This document shows, in pieces, positions 50,513 to 64,000 of a stretch of DNA of 64,000 bases. Below the pieces are notes generated by a model, which made no database searches, was not told the origin of the DNA, and worked only from the letters and a program-made list of their open reading frames with translations. Source of the DNA: Lingula anatina (Eukaryota; Animalia; Brachiopoda); NCBI GenBank assembly GCA_051362555.1, contig CM120646.1:7874001-7938000 (forward strand), in the 5' to 3' direction. Position 1 is the first letter of the stretch; every line of letters begins with the position of its first letter. Both the position numbers and the translations under genes were made by a program.

Positions 50513-53500
50513 CTAAAATTAAAAGATCAGTCCAAACATTACACACTTTTTCATATGATTTGCTTTAGATATGCTGCAGAAAGTACGCAACTGAACGTAA
50601 CTGAAGCCAAGAGTTTTGCTCATTCAGCGCAAACAATTAAATGTCTGGTCTTTCAATCATGTTAGACAGCTGGAATACATATGTATAAACTGCATCTACA
50701 ATTCATTTACTGACATGGGTTTCTTGGCTTTTTTGACAAAAAAAGACCATTTAAGGGAATGCCCCAGTCGGGTCCACTTTTAACAAGATGTCCAGCTTCC
50801 TGAGATTCACTTTAGCTACAAAACGAAGCATTGCATATTGACATATTGCTCAGGAAGGAAAATGTCAGAAAACTTGACATATCGTTCTTTGGTTTAAATT
50901 ACATGTTAGAGAAACACTCCATTGAAAAACCGAAATGGTCGACTATTATCCACGCCTGTCACTATGGTACATGATGGTTATGAACATCACAATAGTGGAT
51001 ATTGTTAACTTCAGACCATTAGGAATTGGTTACAGTAGAGCAGTAAGCGCTAGTTGTAATCAAATCAGTGCATACACAGTGGGTTGTCTACTGGGGAAGG
51101 GTAATTTCCAATCTTCTATGGTGTTTCACCATCTAAATCACAGTCTGAACCTCCAGCGTTGATCCGGTAGCATCTCTTATATATTTTGCCCTAAATCAGT
51201 TTACATATTTCTCCCTAAATTTCTCCCTAAATCAGCTTGATTTGAACGGGTCAATAAACAAGAAGGACATATCAATCGTTTGAGGTCATGTTTCATTACG
51301 GAATAAGCTAACTCCAATAAGGAATAAGTCAGCTTCTATCAGAAGCGAGTATCACAATACAGCTTAAGATTAAAAATTGTTGTCCGCTTCAATTTATAAA
51401 AAATCGGTCATAATTCATGAAAATAAAGCAGGCATCTGTCTAAAATATTGACATTGCCCCTCGTCTCACCGAAATAGCACAATATTTTACTGAAGTGGGT
51501 AGGACTTTAACAGATTCACCACGTCTTGGCATACGCAAACAGAAATATTGTGAAGACCGACTTCTGATTTGAATTTCTTTTGTGAAATTGGACCCTCTTA
51601 TGAAACACCTGTCGCGTTGACAGCGACCCTTTAGCAGGTGAGGGGGATGCTTTTGAAAACCGAAGTTATGTGGCATTATGAAATTGATTTGGTTGGTACA
51701 GTGACATCATTGTTCCTCTTTCAATTTGTGTGTTTCACTTCGAAGAGACACGAAGAAAAAAGACAGAAAAAACCATACACAATAGACGTAAAACCAAATT
51801 TTCTTATGCACATTCGGTCACGTCCGATGTGAAGTGACATAATTGGAGATTATAATGATTATCGAAGCCATTCACTCATTATGTGGGGAGAAATTATTCC
51901 ATGGCCATTGCTAACAATGTTCCGTTTGGCATATTTAACAAAGACAACGATATGCGAAGTTGGATTCATTTCAAATGAACAGCTTTTTCTTGGTATCCAT
52001 TTCTATGCATATGTTTGTGTTCTACACATGTTTCAAATATCGATTCTTTATGTTTTCGTGTAAAATTATGTTGTTGGCTACTAATTTGTGGGCTGTAAGG
52101 ACGCAGTGGTGAAAACAGGGGCCGGGGGGGTGAGGAGCAAAGCGCCCGCTCCGTCCCCGTTTTATTTAAACGGAGAGTAGTCCTCCATTCCTCAAAGAAG
52201 GGATGAAAAGCAGTTCTACACAAAAACATAATTTTTGTACTTAAAACACCCCGAAACTGTACATCGGTTTCTTTTCACATTCAGTAAAGCGACCGGCACC
52301 TAACTCTCCTGAATTGGTAAGGGAGGACAGCTCTTTATGATATAGTGGTCGGCATAATCGGAGGACCAGCTTGCACTGCCCACTAGATGATTAATTTCTT
52401 TATAAATGTGCTCCAGTTTGCACCAAGTTTTAAATAAGTAAATATATATTCCGAGGAAGCCCTTCCCCATCCCTTCCCTAGCCTGGCCAATGCCCACAGT
52501 ACACTGTATGCGGCATAATCTTGGCTGGGTATTTTAGAGAATGGCATCTGTACTAAAATGGGCTTTTATAATTTTGACCAAAATTACATACATTATTTAT
52601 ATTTTCGTCAAGTGAAACATACTTATATAATTCAAAATAGCTTTCTAATTGAAAAAGTCACATTATTTGACGTCATGTGATGGGCCATCATTATAATCAC
52701 TATAATGACTTCCTCCACTGTCGCTTTAATCTTTCGCATCATACATATCTAAATAAGTATAAAGTGGGTGGGGTGGCGTTTTATATGATCGATAGATCTT
52801 GGAGGTCGACTTATTGCTTAGCGCTATATGGATCGTTTATTATATACTATTTGTTGTTCAGCTGATATTTTATCATTCAATACAAGTAGAGAGCCAGCTT
52901 GTTTCTTCCAAGAATTAGCAACAGCTGATTAGTTTTAACAATGTAAAAGTTGGTGAAGGTAATAATACTGATTAAATGTTGATATCCGTACACGTGCTGG
53001 CGTTACTCGTACGTATACTACATACGTATTACGGACAGCGACCACATTCTTTTAAGATGGAATAATTATTTGTATCGATAAGAAAAATAGTTCTAAATAT
53101 GATTATCCACCAGAAAAAGTGGCCAAACAAAAAAAATCTGCTTGGCTTTTAAACAGACCCTAGATTTTTACGGAATATAAGAGTACGCCCAATGACTGAT
53201 CTAAGTTAAAATGGCGCGTATTTAGTCATCCTATGTGTCACCGAATTTGGCATCTGTCCTCAAAAGTGACCTGAACAATTTAGTCTTAGTTATTCAGATC
53301 GTTTCATCGTTCTTTTTACTTTTATTTGTCATGCACCAATCATCTTCATATTTCGTGTATACGTTTATTTACACTGTGCAACTGCTCCGCGCATAAGTGG
53401 AGTCAAGTGGGTGGGTTGCCTCGTGATTTCTAAGGCGATCTAGCACGTCAACGATAAAGCTGCCATTAAAACTAATAGAAATTTGAACAGCGCCGAGTCA

Positions 53501-53524
53501 GATCTTGAAGTCTGTACTCCTTGA

Positions 53525-53692
53525 CAGGGGCGGATTTAGGCCGTCTTCAGGGTCTTCCGGAAGACTGTCAGATTTTCAAGTTTACATTGACGGGTATTTA
53601 ATGTTTTCTGTCGGAAGACGGTCAAAAATGGAGGATGGATCAACATAGATAATTTGGAAGACTGTCAGAAAATATCTCTGGATCCGCCCCTG
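53525..53692. mobile_element. MITE, CAGGGG termini, 5-bp TSD
   Basis: CAGGGGCGGAT...ATCCGCCCCTG, CTTGA on both flanks. Confidence 0.85.
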
Positions 53693-55994
53693 CTTGATGT
53701 GGACAGGTGGGAGACTAACGCATCACAATGGCATGTGTTTGTTCAGCCTTTGTCCAGCGGTCGGTTTGGGGCATGTCTTCCGTGTGTACACCACACCATA
53801 AGAACAATTACACCTGCTTATCCAATCTTAATCCATGAAAGGATAATAAGATTATCCCCTGGTCTTCGCAGCGGGAATTATCCGTTCAAACTTTCAGATT
53901 TAATACCGCCTGACCCCTGAATGTCAGGTTGAGCTTTGTGACATATATTTGGCGACTGGTTACAGACATATTTTTCGTGCCAGTGTCATTTCAAGAGCGT
54001 TACAGTTTAGATGACAAGTTTAAAAGGCGAGGGTCGTTATCAAAACCGCAGCCGTCCGCACTGAATAAAAAGCAACGCCCCTCAGGTAGAAAAATACCAA
54101 ATCTACACGATGAAATAAATACTTATACATGGCCGAAATCCTGGGTTTTAGAGACTTCAGCACGGAAGTGTCACCGAGCTCTAAAACAGGTGGCACGTGT
54201 CTTTTTGTGGCTGTCTAAATACCTCGTCTTCACAAAGTGTGATGCGTACCCAGGGTAACTATAGCTGAGTGAAATAATAAGGCCATAAATATAAGGGGGG
54301 AGGTCACAAGGGCGACTTAACTTGGGCAGATGACACCTCCGTGGCACTTTACGTACGTTTAAATATATACCTGTGTTGTATGTGTACGTGGTTGTGGCAT
54401 ACCTGTTGCTCTAGCTTATAATAAAGTAAGGCGAGCAACGTATATATCACATACCCATTAAGTAAATTATATTCCATATGCTCTGACCTATTAGCATTGG
54501 GCTGTGGTGCGGCGTCGCTGTATATCTCAATATATATTATTCATAAATATAATCAAATTAAATTAATAAAAGATAAGCCCTCGAACTCAACAAGGAATAA
54601 CTATCTGCTTAGTTAATCTATATTATCTTTATTATTACTTTGATCTTTACGGTGCGGCGTAACTCATTTTCATATATCAGCTGGAATGTGATTTTACCGA
54701 CAGATATTTATAAATAAGCTAAAATGTCAGGCGGTGGAATTCATAATAGTGCACTTATTGTTATCAGTGTTGTATCTATACATTGCGCATTTGGAAAGGT
54801 CACGCTGTGTCCCTGTGTCTTTCACATACTTAAATATAATATAAGATGATTTATAGTACGTGTGATCTGATGTTGAGGAAGAATGCCACAAAGCATCAAA
54901 GTCTGTGCTTGGAATATATATAGGCCTATCCATATTGGTCTTATATAGATTCGGTTTAATTGCATTTCGGATCTAGCTGTTTGTCTTTCTCAGTTTTACC
55001 ATTATGCTGGGTGCAGAATATTCGAATACAATGCACACACCTGCGTACAGCTGAAAATTACAATAGAATTGACTCGACTAAGCAAGTTACATCATGTGCA
55101 TAGCCATTAGTTTGTGTCGGCGTATCGATCAAATACTTGATTGATGCAGTAATCAATAGAACTGTTCGATGAAATATGAATTCCAGCACTTTTATGTCAA
55201 ACGTCAAGTGAAGGCCTGGTGAATGCGGAAGATATTTAGGAGTTTGCATTTTCTTTACAGGGGCTCTGTTTCTTTGATGACAATGCAATTATGTTTTGGT
55301 TACGACAAAGACAAATGCCTACTCTGGGAATTTAGATAGCAATTAGAATCTTGTATATCCGTACCCAAAAGTTCACGTTTTACTATTCCTCTTACAAATA
55401 CAGTGTCACATCCTTTAATTTCTTCTTATTGGAAACAAAACGATGACACAATTCATTAAAATGAAATCGAGTCATACACTTTAAGATGTATTCCAAAAGA
55501 GGTGCACGTATTCAAGTTTTGGAAAGAAAAAATTCTGCATCATCTTCGCCAAATAAAAAATACTGCCTTCTTAGCAGAGAGCAATACATTACTAAATTTA
55601 CTTAAAGACACTTGCAGCCGCCATTTTGATTATGAACATGATACACCTCGATCTATATGTACCTGCATTTTTTTTCTGAAAACATTGCTTTCTTGGGTTA
55701 AATTCAAATTGTAGCTTATTTATCCCTATCATTAGAAGAAAATGCTGAATCCATCTTGTTGGAATACGATATACAAATAAATATCTTCAATTGCCCATTA
55801 CACGCAGTCAACAAATTGGGTTACGAAAAAAAAGACTAGCATCTTTTCTTAAAATTTAGTATGCCTCTAATATTTAGAGGGGGTATCTTATATAAGGGGG
55901 GGCATGGTCATTTCGACATATATGCATCTAGTAACATGCCTATTTATTTGTGGCGGGGAATAATGCCCCCCTTGATGTTTAATATATATCTTAC

Positions 55995-56073
55995 CTGAGC
56001 AAAAATCGGGTTCCCTGAGCAGTAACAAGACCAGCACGTTCAAAAAACCCACACCCTTCATAACCGACTCCAT
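55995..56073 (-). CDS. Probable leader exon of gene E (MESVMKGVGFLNVLVLLLLREPDFCS-G)
   Basis: Signal-peptide-like, CAG|GTAAGA phase-1 donor, next to a CpG-rich segment; unrelated to the other leaders; alternative ATG at 56061. Confidence 0.62.
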
Positions 56074-59000
56074 CCTTTCTACTATCTTTATCACTGTACG
56101 CTGGTTTGTGCGGTCAAAAGTATCGCCGACGCCTACGTCCCTCTAACGGTGTGTTGAAAGTATTCCAAGGCCGGAAAGATAACGCTGCAAACAACTGGTG
56201 TTGGATGTAATAAACCGCCCTCGCTTGGGTATAGAGTAACGCGATGAGCTAGCTAACCGGCGCGTCCTCGTGCGTTACGCTGGCGGACCGATTGTTTGCT
56301 TGATACTATGAGAACTCCCGAGGCGTGTGTATCGACTTTCTTTCACCGTATTGTCCAGCCTGCTAGTTGCAACATAACCCAGGTATGTCGCCTTTTCAGC
56401 TCGACCCACGTCTTTTGTCAGCTCAGTGGTTGAATTAAACAAGATATGTTTGAATGGATATTGTGTTTGGTTTGGGGAGCTGGATGTCGATATGATCTTT
56501 CAACAAAGTCGGTTGTGGGCTTTTCCAAATATTTTTATTTCTTAGGAAATGAAACCTAAAATGGGCGGGAAGTTGAAAGGATGAAGCCACTCGTGATATA
56601 GGAGGAAAATGAGTTGACAAAAATAACAAATGCGTCAGAGTCATCGTTTAATTGTTTCATTTATGTATTTTTTTATGTTAAATGATGGTAAATGACAGGA
56701 AATAAACGAAATAAACCTCGCATCACCTAGAACAAGCTATACCACTATTTGTGCCATACAAACATTGATTCAATAATAATCCTTCGCAATCGGCGTTAAC
56801 GCTTAAATGGCTTCGATATTCGGCCTTAAGCGGATCATAGGTTATTGCCGATAATTTATGCAGAGGAAATAACCCCTTGTTTTGACCCTGTGTGTTTCGC
56901 CAGCTCCTCCCATGTGCCGCCCCTGTTCTTGTAACGCCCCTCCCCCCCTCCAATCCCCTGAAGCCCACACACAAATCTACTCCACGGCCTAGCACAGGCT
57001 GTAAAAGAGCATGTTATACGTCTAAGTGTTAAAGTTAATATCGGTTTTATTTCTTATTCCTGCATACGAACTCACCAGTGCACATCGTCATTTTAGAGCA
57101 AATTGATGTGTGTACTTAATTCCTATTACTGTATCACTATAAGCACTTGTAAATAGTGTGACTAAGAGAGACGGCTATTGGAAGGATGTATTGATATGAC
57201 AGGAATATATTCACCACCCTTACACTTTTAGACGTATAGGGCTGATGTTCGATTTTTTTTTCAAATCGATAACTATGATATGCTTTTCTGTTTTTACGCA
57301 CATGTCATTTTAGTTCTAGATTCAATGAATATTGCTTCCTTTAATCGCCAATACAACAAAACAGGAACGGAAATGACTGGATTTCAGTATGAATGACGAA
57401 AAGGAATAGCATTCAAAATTTTATTGCCGGATTTAATAACCCAAAAGCAAAAGCCGTGGACTTGTAGCTTATCACCGTGACAAAGGAGTAACTTCTTCTA
57501 CAAGTAGCTTTACAACCGAACGTATATTGTAATTGGTGAATCTGTTTTCCTATTTGCCTTTGAGTATCAAATGTTTTATTTAATTTATTATTACCAATGA
57601 ACGTGCAAGAAACAAATTCATGTGCAGGGGTGGGTGGTGAGTTTTTCCCATCCTGAGCTATGATTCACGTTGAAGAAAGTGGGTGGTGCTAGCATGCACA
57701 CACACGCGAGTGCGCGCGCGCACGACTCCTACGAATGTGATAAGAAACAGTGATATACCCCGGTTAGATGCGCTGATTTCTTTTACATAACTGTGTTATC
57801 TACTTGTACAGTATGCTGCTGAAAGATCGATGAGCTGACAAACTGTGATTTCATCTCTGGATGAGAAGTGCTTCTGAAGCATGCTTTTTGACCGCGTTCA
57901 GATTCAAACATTGTACCAGCTGGATCGATCCATGACTGCATTCAGGGTAATCAGCTCCCTGTTAGGAAGTTAACCCCCTAGCATCTCGGGGAGTCGTGTC
58001 AGACATTTAAGCCGATTACAGTGACAGTACTTTGAGAGAATCTCCAGCAGAGTAGGATCGAACCAGCTAGTACGGTGGGTTTATCTGAACGCTCCTTTGA
58101 CGTAATCCTTGACATCCTACAGAAGGACTGGCGGCTGCATATTATCACTATCTGTCTCTTGAGGCCACTTCAGTTTAAGCTTGCGAATAGCGAGAAAAAT
58201 ATGTCTAGAAAAAAATTCTCTGTGGTCCTGGCGATTTTTACGAATGTATCATCCGAGTGGCAGCGAGAGGATATAAATATTTATATCTATTTGCCAATAA
58301 TGTATTAAGTTGTGACAAAAATTATATTCTCATTTGTAGACTCATATACCCGGTATATTATCAATATCTTTGTTCGTACTTTCCCATTAATTACCGGGAA
58401 ATTTGTGATACATTATTCCCTCCATGCAGTGTCAGTAAAGAGTGGACATGCATTCACAACAGACCCCTGGCAGAAGTATGATCAATAACAACTTTTATGA
58501 AATGTCTTGTTGCAGATTTGATACCTGTAAAAGTACAACCGAAGCAACCCTCAGTTATTTTATCTAGAAGTAAGAAAACACAAATAAAACAATTATTTAT
58601 GTACTCCTGGCATCCGGACATGTATAAACGTGCAGTTTTGCTGAGCGGTAAATGGCTTTCACTGGCCACAATGGACACTATAATTTCGATGCGGACAGAA
58701 ATTGCCAGTGTTATTTCCCGGCCTTTATATTTAGCTAAGGGATCACATAATCTCCCAAGTTCGACTGAGTCAAATTCGAGTGTATGTGAATCAGAATGTT
58801 TCCTTACGTAACACGGCTAACGCACCGGAATAATCGAGCCTCTAGGCGACGCTTGTGACACTGGTATTTACTTGAAATAAGTTGTCTTTCAAAACATGTG
58901 GAAAAAGCTGAAACAACGCTGGTTTTCTTATCAACACATCTTAAATGGAGTTAAGGAGAGATGTTATTTATGTGTGAAATTGAATAGAACAAACTGGATA

Positions 59001-59359
59001 GTTTGCACGGTTTTCCAACATATTTGGGGACCCGATGATTTTTGTTTGAAAGTAGCCTTCCGATTATGCACTAAAAACACTCGACTTCCATTCAATACAA
59101 AGTTTTTATGATGTGCTTTTTGATATAAACTTTTCTTTAGCGAAGCCCAAAATTAACAAATGGATTTAATCATAACGATAGATGTACATTTAGACATTTA
59201 TCGCCAGAAGGAAAACCATTAACTTTTACCGATAAGCTATTTGAACACAATATTTAACATGTACATCACTCTGTCAAGATTAAATTCAAGGATAAAACTT
59301 ACAGATACACTTTTGGGACCCATGTTGGTCCAGGTTTATTTACTGGACTAAGGCGCTAT

Positions 59360-59420
59360 CCCCCCCCCCCCCCCCACACACACACACACACACACACCCA
59401 CACACACACACCCACACCGC
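59360..59420. repeat. poly-C + (CA)n
   Basis: direct reading. Confidence 0.9.
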
Positions 59421-60107
59421 CCACCACCACCTCCACCAAAATAATTCCCATCAACCTATCTCTTACATGTTCGCTTTCTGCAAAATGCTCGTCTGGGCAG
59501 ACATAAATCGTAATAAATCAAAATTATAAAGTATGCCTTCAAGACAACAGAACAGGATATTTGATAACAGGGATAAGGAGATGTAAGACAACAAAAAGCT
59601 CTCTGGCACTCCCGTTATGAATCTAGCTGTCAGCTGCGCGCTCATTGATCTCCAAGCGTCGGCGTCTATCATTAACAAGTGTGTGTTTGCACTTTGAAAT
59701 ACGGGCGACAGACAGTGAAACAGACACCAGTCATCTATTTACTATATGTATTCAATCCATTATTCAGCAATTTCTCGATCACATGAGGTACTCTACATAT
59801 GCTAGCTATGCATGCGTCATCCATGGGTGAGACGTGGCGAAAGTGGGTTTCGTATCTCAACTATCGCAATCGCTGTTTGCGTACTTATTAAATTTTCTGG
59901 TTGTGCAAGACTATAGGCGGACGCTGGCGAAGGCAGAAGATAGCCTGGGCTATTTGAAGGCCATCGCCTCCTGTTTTACTTCCTCTGATTTATTTTAATA
60001 GACAGGCATATCTTTAAGGTTGATAATGGAGAAAAATATAGTGCTGGTTCACTTCTTCCTCTTTCAATAAGGTAATATGTGTATTTTGATGACTTTAATA
60101 TTGTACA

Positions 60108-60383
60108 CAGGGGTGGTTCCAGGATTATTTGAAGGGCGCAAAGCTGACCCTCCCCCTTTCCCTTGGCGTGGAGTTCGGGGCCCTTTAACGGGTCCCGAAA
60201 ATTTGGGTATTTTAGAGGGCGAGCGTTGCCATTTGGTACGGTTTAAACCATGATTCAGCTAGTCAAAATACTAATTTCAAGAGGGAACCATTGGTGTGTT
60301 TTTTTTTTTTATTTTTCAGAAATCGAAGGGAGGGGGGAGGGGGGGTCAGGACCCCTCTGACACACACCCTTAATCCGCCACTG
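60108..60383. mobile_element. MITE, CAG(G/T)GG termini, 5-bp TSD
   Basis: CAGGGGTGGTT...AATCCGCCACTG, GTACA on both flanks. Confidence 0.75.
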
Positions 60384-61199
60384 GTACATACTGTATATAT
60401 AGAGTATACATAACCGGTAACATATGTTAGCTCTTGGGTATGTGATAAAAAAAAAGACAACTGATCAAAGAAACAAATCTCAGCAAATACAGGAAGATTT
60501 TAGGGCCATACCCGAGATATAAATACCTACTGATAATCTGCATGCCAAACTGTACAATTTAGTGGCGGCATGGTCTGGGAAAATTGGCCTGGGCCGGTTT
60601 AAATATTGTAACAGCCGTCAGTTGTGGCCATGCTTTGGATTTTCCCTTTATACACACATGTGTAAACACTCACGCATGATCACACAACCACATACATGCG
60701 CATATATATATATACCCGAGATCCTTTAAAAGTAGCAAACATTTTTAATAAAGTATTGTACATGCTATTTACAGTTAACCCGTATAACAATCAAAAAGTT
60801 TGCTACAGAGAATCATATTTTCAGAATACCAATAACATATTTACAACATCCATCAATAAATGTTGCGGTATTTTAGAAATGCATTCATTCACTGTGGTTC
60901 CTTTCCCAGCGATAATTACTTGGTCCGATGGCCTGTATGGCTGGTTTCTGCAGCTGTATATGTGAATGACGGTCACTGGGAAAAGAAGCTCCTCGTCGTA
61001 GAGCGCTTATAGCATAGTGTTCTAGATCTAGATCGTGGTTTTGATTTAACAAGGATTATCTTGTAATCCGTCTGCAAGACTGCAAAGTTTTATGCCTTAG
61101 TAGTAGTATAACATTACGTCTACCTTATCTTTTCAAGAATGTCAAATACTGCCAGTCCCCTGTTGGATCTATCTTGCGCAGTGTAGAAAAGTTGTAAAA

Positions 61200-61378
61200 T
61201 CAATCCCTGACATTTGCTTCGTGTTGAGATACGGTTGTTGTAGTATCCGTTACCTTGTTTCCAAGCTTTGGTTTCTGGAATGTCCATAATCGATAGTGAA
61301 ATACCAAGAAGAGTATAACGCCGGTTAGACATACTGTCAGCGCGATAAGGACCACCGCTGTAACCATCCATCCATTCC
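61200..61378 (-). CDS. IgSF gene F, type-3 TM exon with short tail
   Basis: tttgtttcAG, phase 1: GNGWMVTAVVLIALTVCLTGVILFLVFHYRLWTFQKPKLGNKVTDTTTTVSQHEANVRD*; not in the ORF track; an internal AAG|GTAACG could be an alternative donor. Confidence 0.75.
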
Positions 61379-61709
61379 CTGAAACAAAAAATGTGTTAAC
61401 AATTTCATTTATTGGTTGTATTAATGATTAGAATCATTTAATTCTTCAGGCACAAAACACGTGTCTACCCATGAATGCTTTGCATGGAATGTCTTATTAC
61501 AAATATCCAGTGAAACATTTTCGTTATTGCTTATAATTTTGTTAGAGAATATCATGCAAACTTCGAAAGCACTATCCCACTGGAAATCTTACAGTTTATC
61601 AAAACAACTCCAATTGATAAAAAGCTATTTAGAGTTATTTACTGTTTATAAGGGTATGGCAATTTTACGAAGGGACTATTATCAGTATATGTACCTTGAA
61701 TTGTCCTAC

Positions 61710-61748
61710 CGACTGTTTTTGTTGACGCTATTGAGGTAAGTGTCGCTG
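61710..61748 (-). CDS. IgSF gene F, stalk micro-exon (AATLTSIASTKTV)
   Basis: ttttcAG/GTAGGA, 39 nt, phase 1-1; an alternative in-frame donor would end the exon at 61695. Confidence 0.65.
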
Positions 61749-62121
61749 CTGAAAAGAAATATAGGATATCTCTTTATAGATATGTTTATAGAAAGTTACA
61801 ATGAAGTATATCTGTCCCATTTTACAATATAAAGATATTGTCACCACAGTGGAATACTACTGGATATTATTATATTGTTCTAGTTTTTGTCCTACTTACC
61901 AAAACTGCGCGCAGTTTTGTACATTATATTTTTACTAGAATTCCGTACGTACTGAGTGCTAAGTGGATAGATTTCGTGAAACCAAGACGAGGCAGTGCAC
62001 GTTGTGGCGGTTGGTGGCAGTTTTATCGTTCCGGCAGCAAGCCCAAGGTTATTTGTATTGTTAAGGATACAACTCATCAACTTATTCCAAGTAATATCCA
62101 AAATTTCCCTCGATGATAAAA

Positions 62122-62123
62122 GT

Positions 62124-62183
<60 letters not shown>
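62122..62183. repeat. (GT)n(GA)n compound microsatellite
   Basis: direct reading. Confidence 0.95.
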
Positions 62184-62185
<2 letters not shown>

Positions 62186-62875
62186 AAACATCATCTCCTT
62201 GTCACTAATCACAGAACAGTCTTTAGAGTACTTTCTACGTTTTAACCTCCATTTACATGACATATGTGACCTTTTACTCATAAAAAATGTAATCCAAACA
62301 GATAATCATACATCACGGCACCATTTCTCCAGAATGATAAGACTAGTTCACTTATTCGTACTTAAAAATTCAGCTAACAATATATCACGGTAGATCTCAT
62401 ACATTTAAAAAGAAATAAAGTGGATTATCCTTTTTAAATTGGACAGTGTTTTATTTAGTAGTGATGGTACATTGTCTTCGACTTTCAGGTTTTGTTAAAT
62501 TTCGATATTTGCCAAAAATAAGGTTCTTATACAACAACCACTTCTACACCTATTTACTACTAACGTTGTATAGCGCAACCAGTATGTATAATTTAATTTT
62601 GAGAAATCAGCAATGTGAATCATCTGTATCCTTAATTAAAGATATTACCAATGTACCAACACTACTAAATATACATATTGTGCTATGCTTATATCAGTCC
62701 CGCTTGTCAAAACCACATGAAATGCTTAACATATTTCAATTAGATTTTCTTAATGTTTTAAATGCAACTTTATAAATCTAATAATATTATTTTCTTTCTT
62801 CTTCATTTGGCAATTGATCGATTCAAGAGTGATTAATATAATTAACGTAGTGACACAAGGAAAAAATATAACTAC

Positions 62876-62917
62876 CTGTAGCTTTTGGAGATCTCGAGGT
62901 TGTCGACGTTGAAGGAG
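62876..62917 (-). CDS. IgSF gene F, stalk micro-exon (APSTSTTSRSPKAT)
   Basis: 42 nt, ttcAG/GTAGTT. Confidence 0.78.
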
Positions 62918-63281
62918 CTGAAGTAAAGGATAAGATGATTAATGCATGTGTTTTATCACAGTCAAGTATTAGAAATAAGTACTATATTTGAAACGTTGTC
63001 AACGCCATAAACAGTTTACCGTGTTTCTAAAGTTTCCAAAAACTGTGCATACTTTTCTTCAGATTTAATATACATGTATTTATCCAACATTTCATTTTCA
63101 TGCTCCAGTTTAAAACAGTTGACAAAATTTTGCTAATAATTGAGTTTTTTTAGTAACTAGAGCGATTATAATATTTATCACTAACATAGGTATATGCCGC
63201 TATGCAGCAAGAAGTACTTCGACTATAATGCACGCATTTTCTCAATTACACATCCAAATTAATATCCATGTGTATACATAC

Positions 63282-63593
63282 CGGCACTTTCAGGGACTAT
63301 GATACTTGTCTTGGTCTGACTTGTAAGGGAATCGTGCAGTAGTTGACAAATTACTTCAACTGGGTCTGCCTGGGTTGCCATTACTTCTACTTCACTTTCG
63401 ACCAGAAAGGTGTCTCCCTGGGGTGTCATCGTGTTCGCCGTTGCATTTATGGCGACCTCCATCTGATCAGAACTTTGCATTTTAAACCATTTTATCTCAG
63501 GTGCTGGTCTGCCGCCGTCAGAGGTACAAGATACCCGGTAGGTGTCTGTAGCGACTTGGGGTCCTCGTGTAATCTGGGGTGGATTAGGTCGAT
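63282..63593 (-). CDS. IgSF gene F, C2-set Ig domain exon (V and leader beyond the window end)
   Basis: 312 nt, AG/GTATGT, near-identical to the C exons of B and C. Confidence 0.92.
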
Positions 63594-64000
63594 CTGTAAA
63601 ATGGTAAATTACGTAAAAAGAATAATTTTAGTATCGTTTAAGTCCCATTTCATAAAATTCTCCAAAGTTTAGGTATTTTAACCAAAGATATGTTATGAAT
63701 ATATATAGCTTACTACAACTTCACAAGAGCGTTAACTGCGATATCTCCCCTTCACTACAGTGTCTAAGGTTGGGTTTCTGTTGCTTTATGAATTTTTTAT
63801 AATTAATATTAGCATTGCAATAACTGTCATTTGGTTTGGATAATAAACCTGTTAATGTGAACCTATGATGTTTATAGGTACAAACTGTAAACTCGTTTTC
63901 ATTATTATTTTTTAGAAACTAAATGTTTCTATCAGGAAAATCAATATGTTGTTGGTGAAAAAATACCATCGTGATTTCTTCATATTAAATGCTCAGGTAA

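Noticed and set aside
57900-59200. Separate protein-coding gene between E and F
   Set aside because: Only short, featureless ORFs and a palindromic repeat; no consistent exon chain found
60895-60990. SECIS or pre-miRNA hairpin (TTCCCAGCGAT...GTCACTGGGAA)
   Set aside because: Stem of only ~12 bp with a large loop; SECIS pairing geometry is not satisfied

Overview
AT-rich animal genomic DNA, probably invertebrate; the species cannot be determined from the sequence. The window is dominated by a head-to-tail tandem cluster of immunoglobulin-superfamily receptor genes, all on the minus strand. Each gene is built from phase-1 exons: leader (55 nt), V-type Ig (375 nt), C2/CD80-like Ig (309-312 nt), a variable number of Ser/Thr stalk micro-exons (21-87 nt), and a terminal exon. 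I reconstruct three complete genes (B 24162-18521, C 37066-27977, E 56073-48564) and two genes cut by the window edges (A, F). There are also about six pseudogenic leader/V relics and two orphan TM-tail exons. V domains diverge strongly in CDR-like loops while C domains are near-identical. C-termini come in four kinds: an ITAM-like tail, an ITAM/ITIM/ITSM-like tail, a GPI signal and a short tail. This resembles an invertebrate paired immune or allorecognition receptor family evolving by V-cassette swapping. Many non-autonomous DNA transposons (CACTA-like, Harbinger, 5-bp-TSD hAT-like MITEs, Helentron-like, foldback) and microsatellites lie between and within the genes. Gene letters are my own labels; splice models were inferred by eye, without transcript data.
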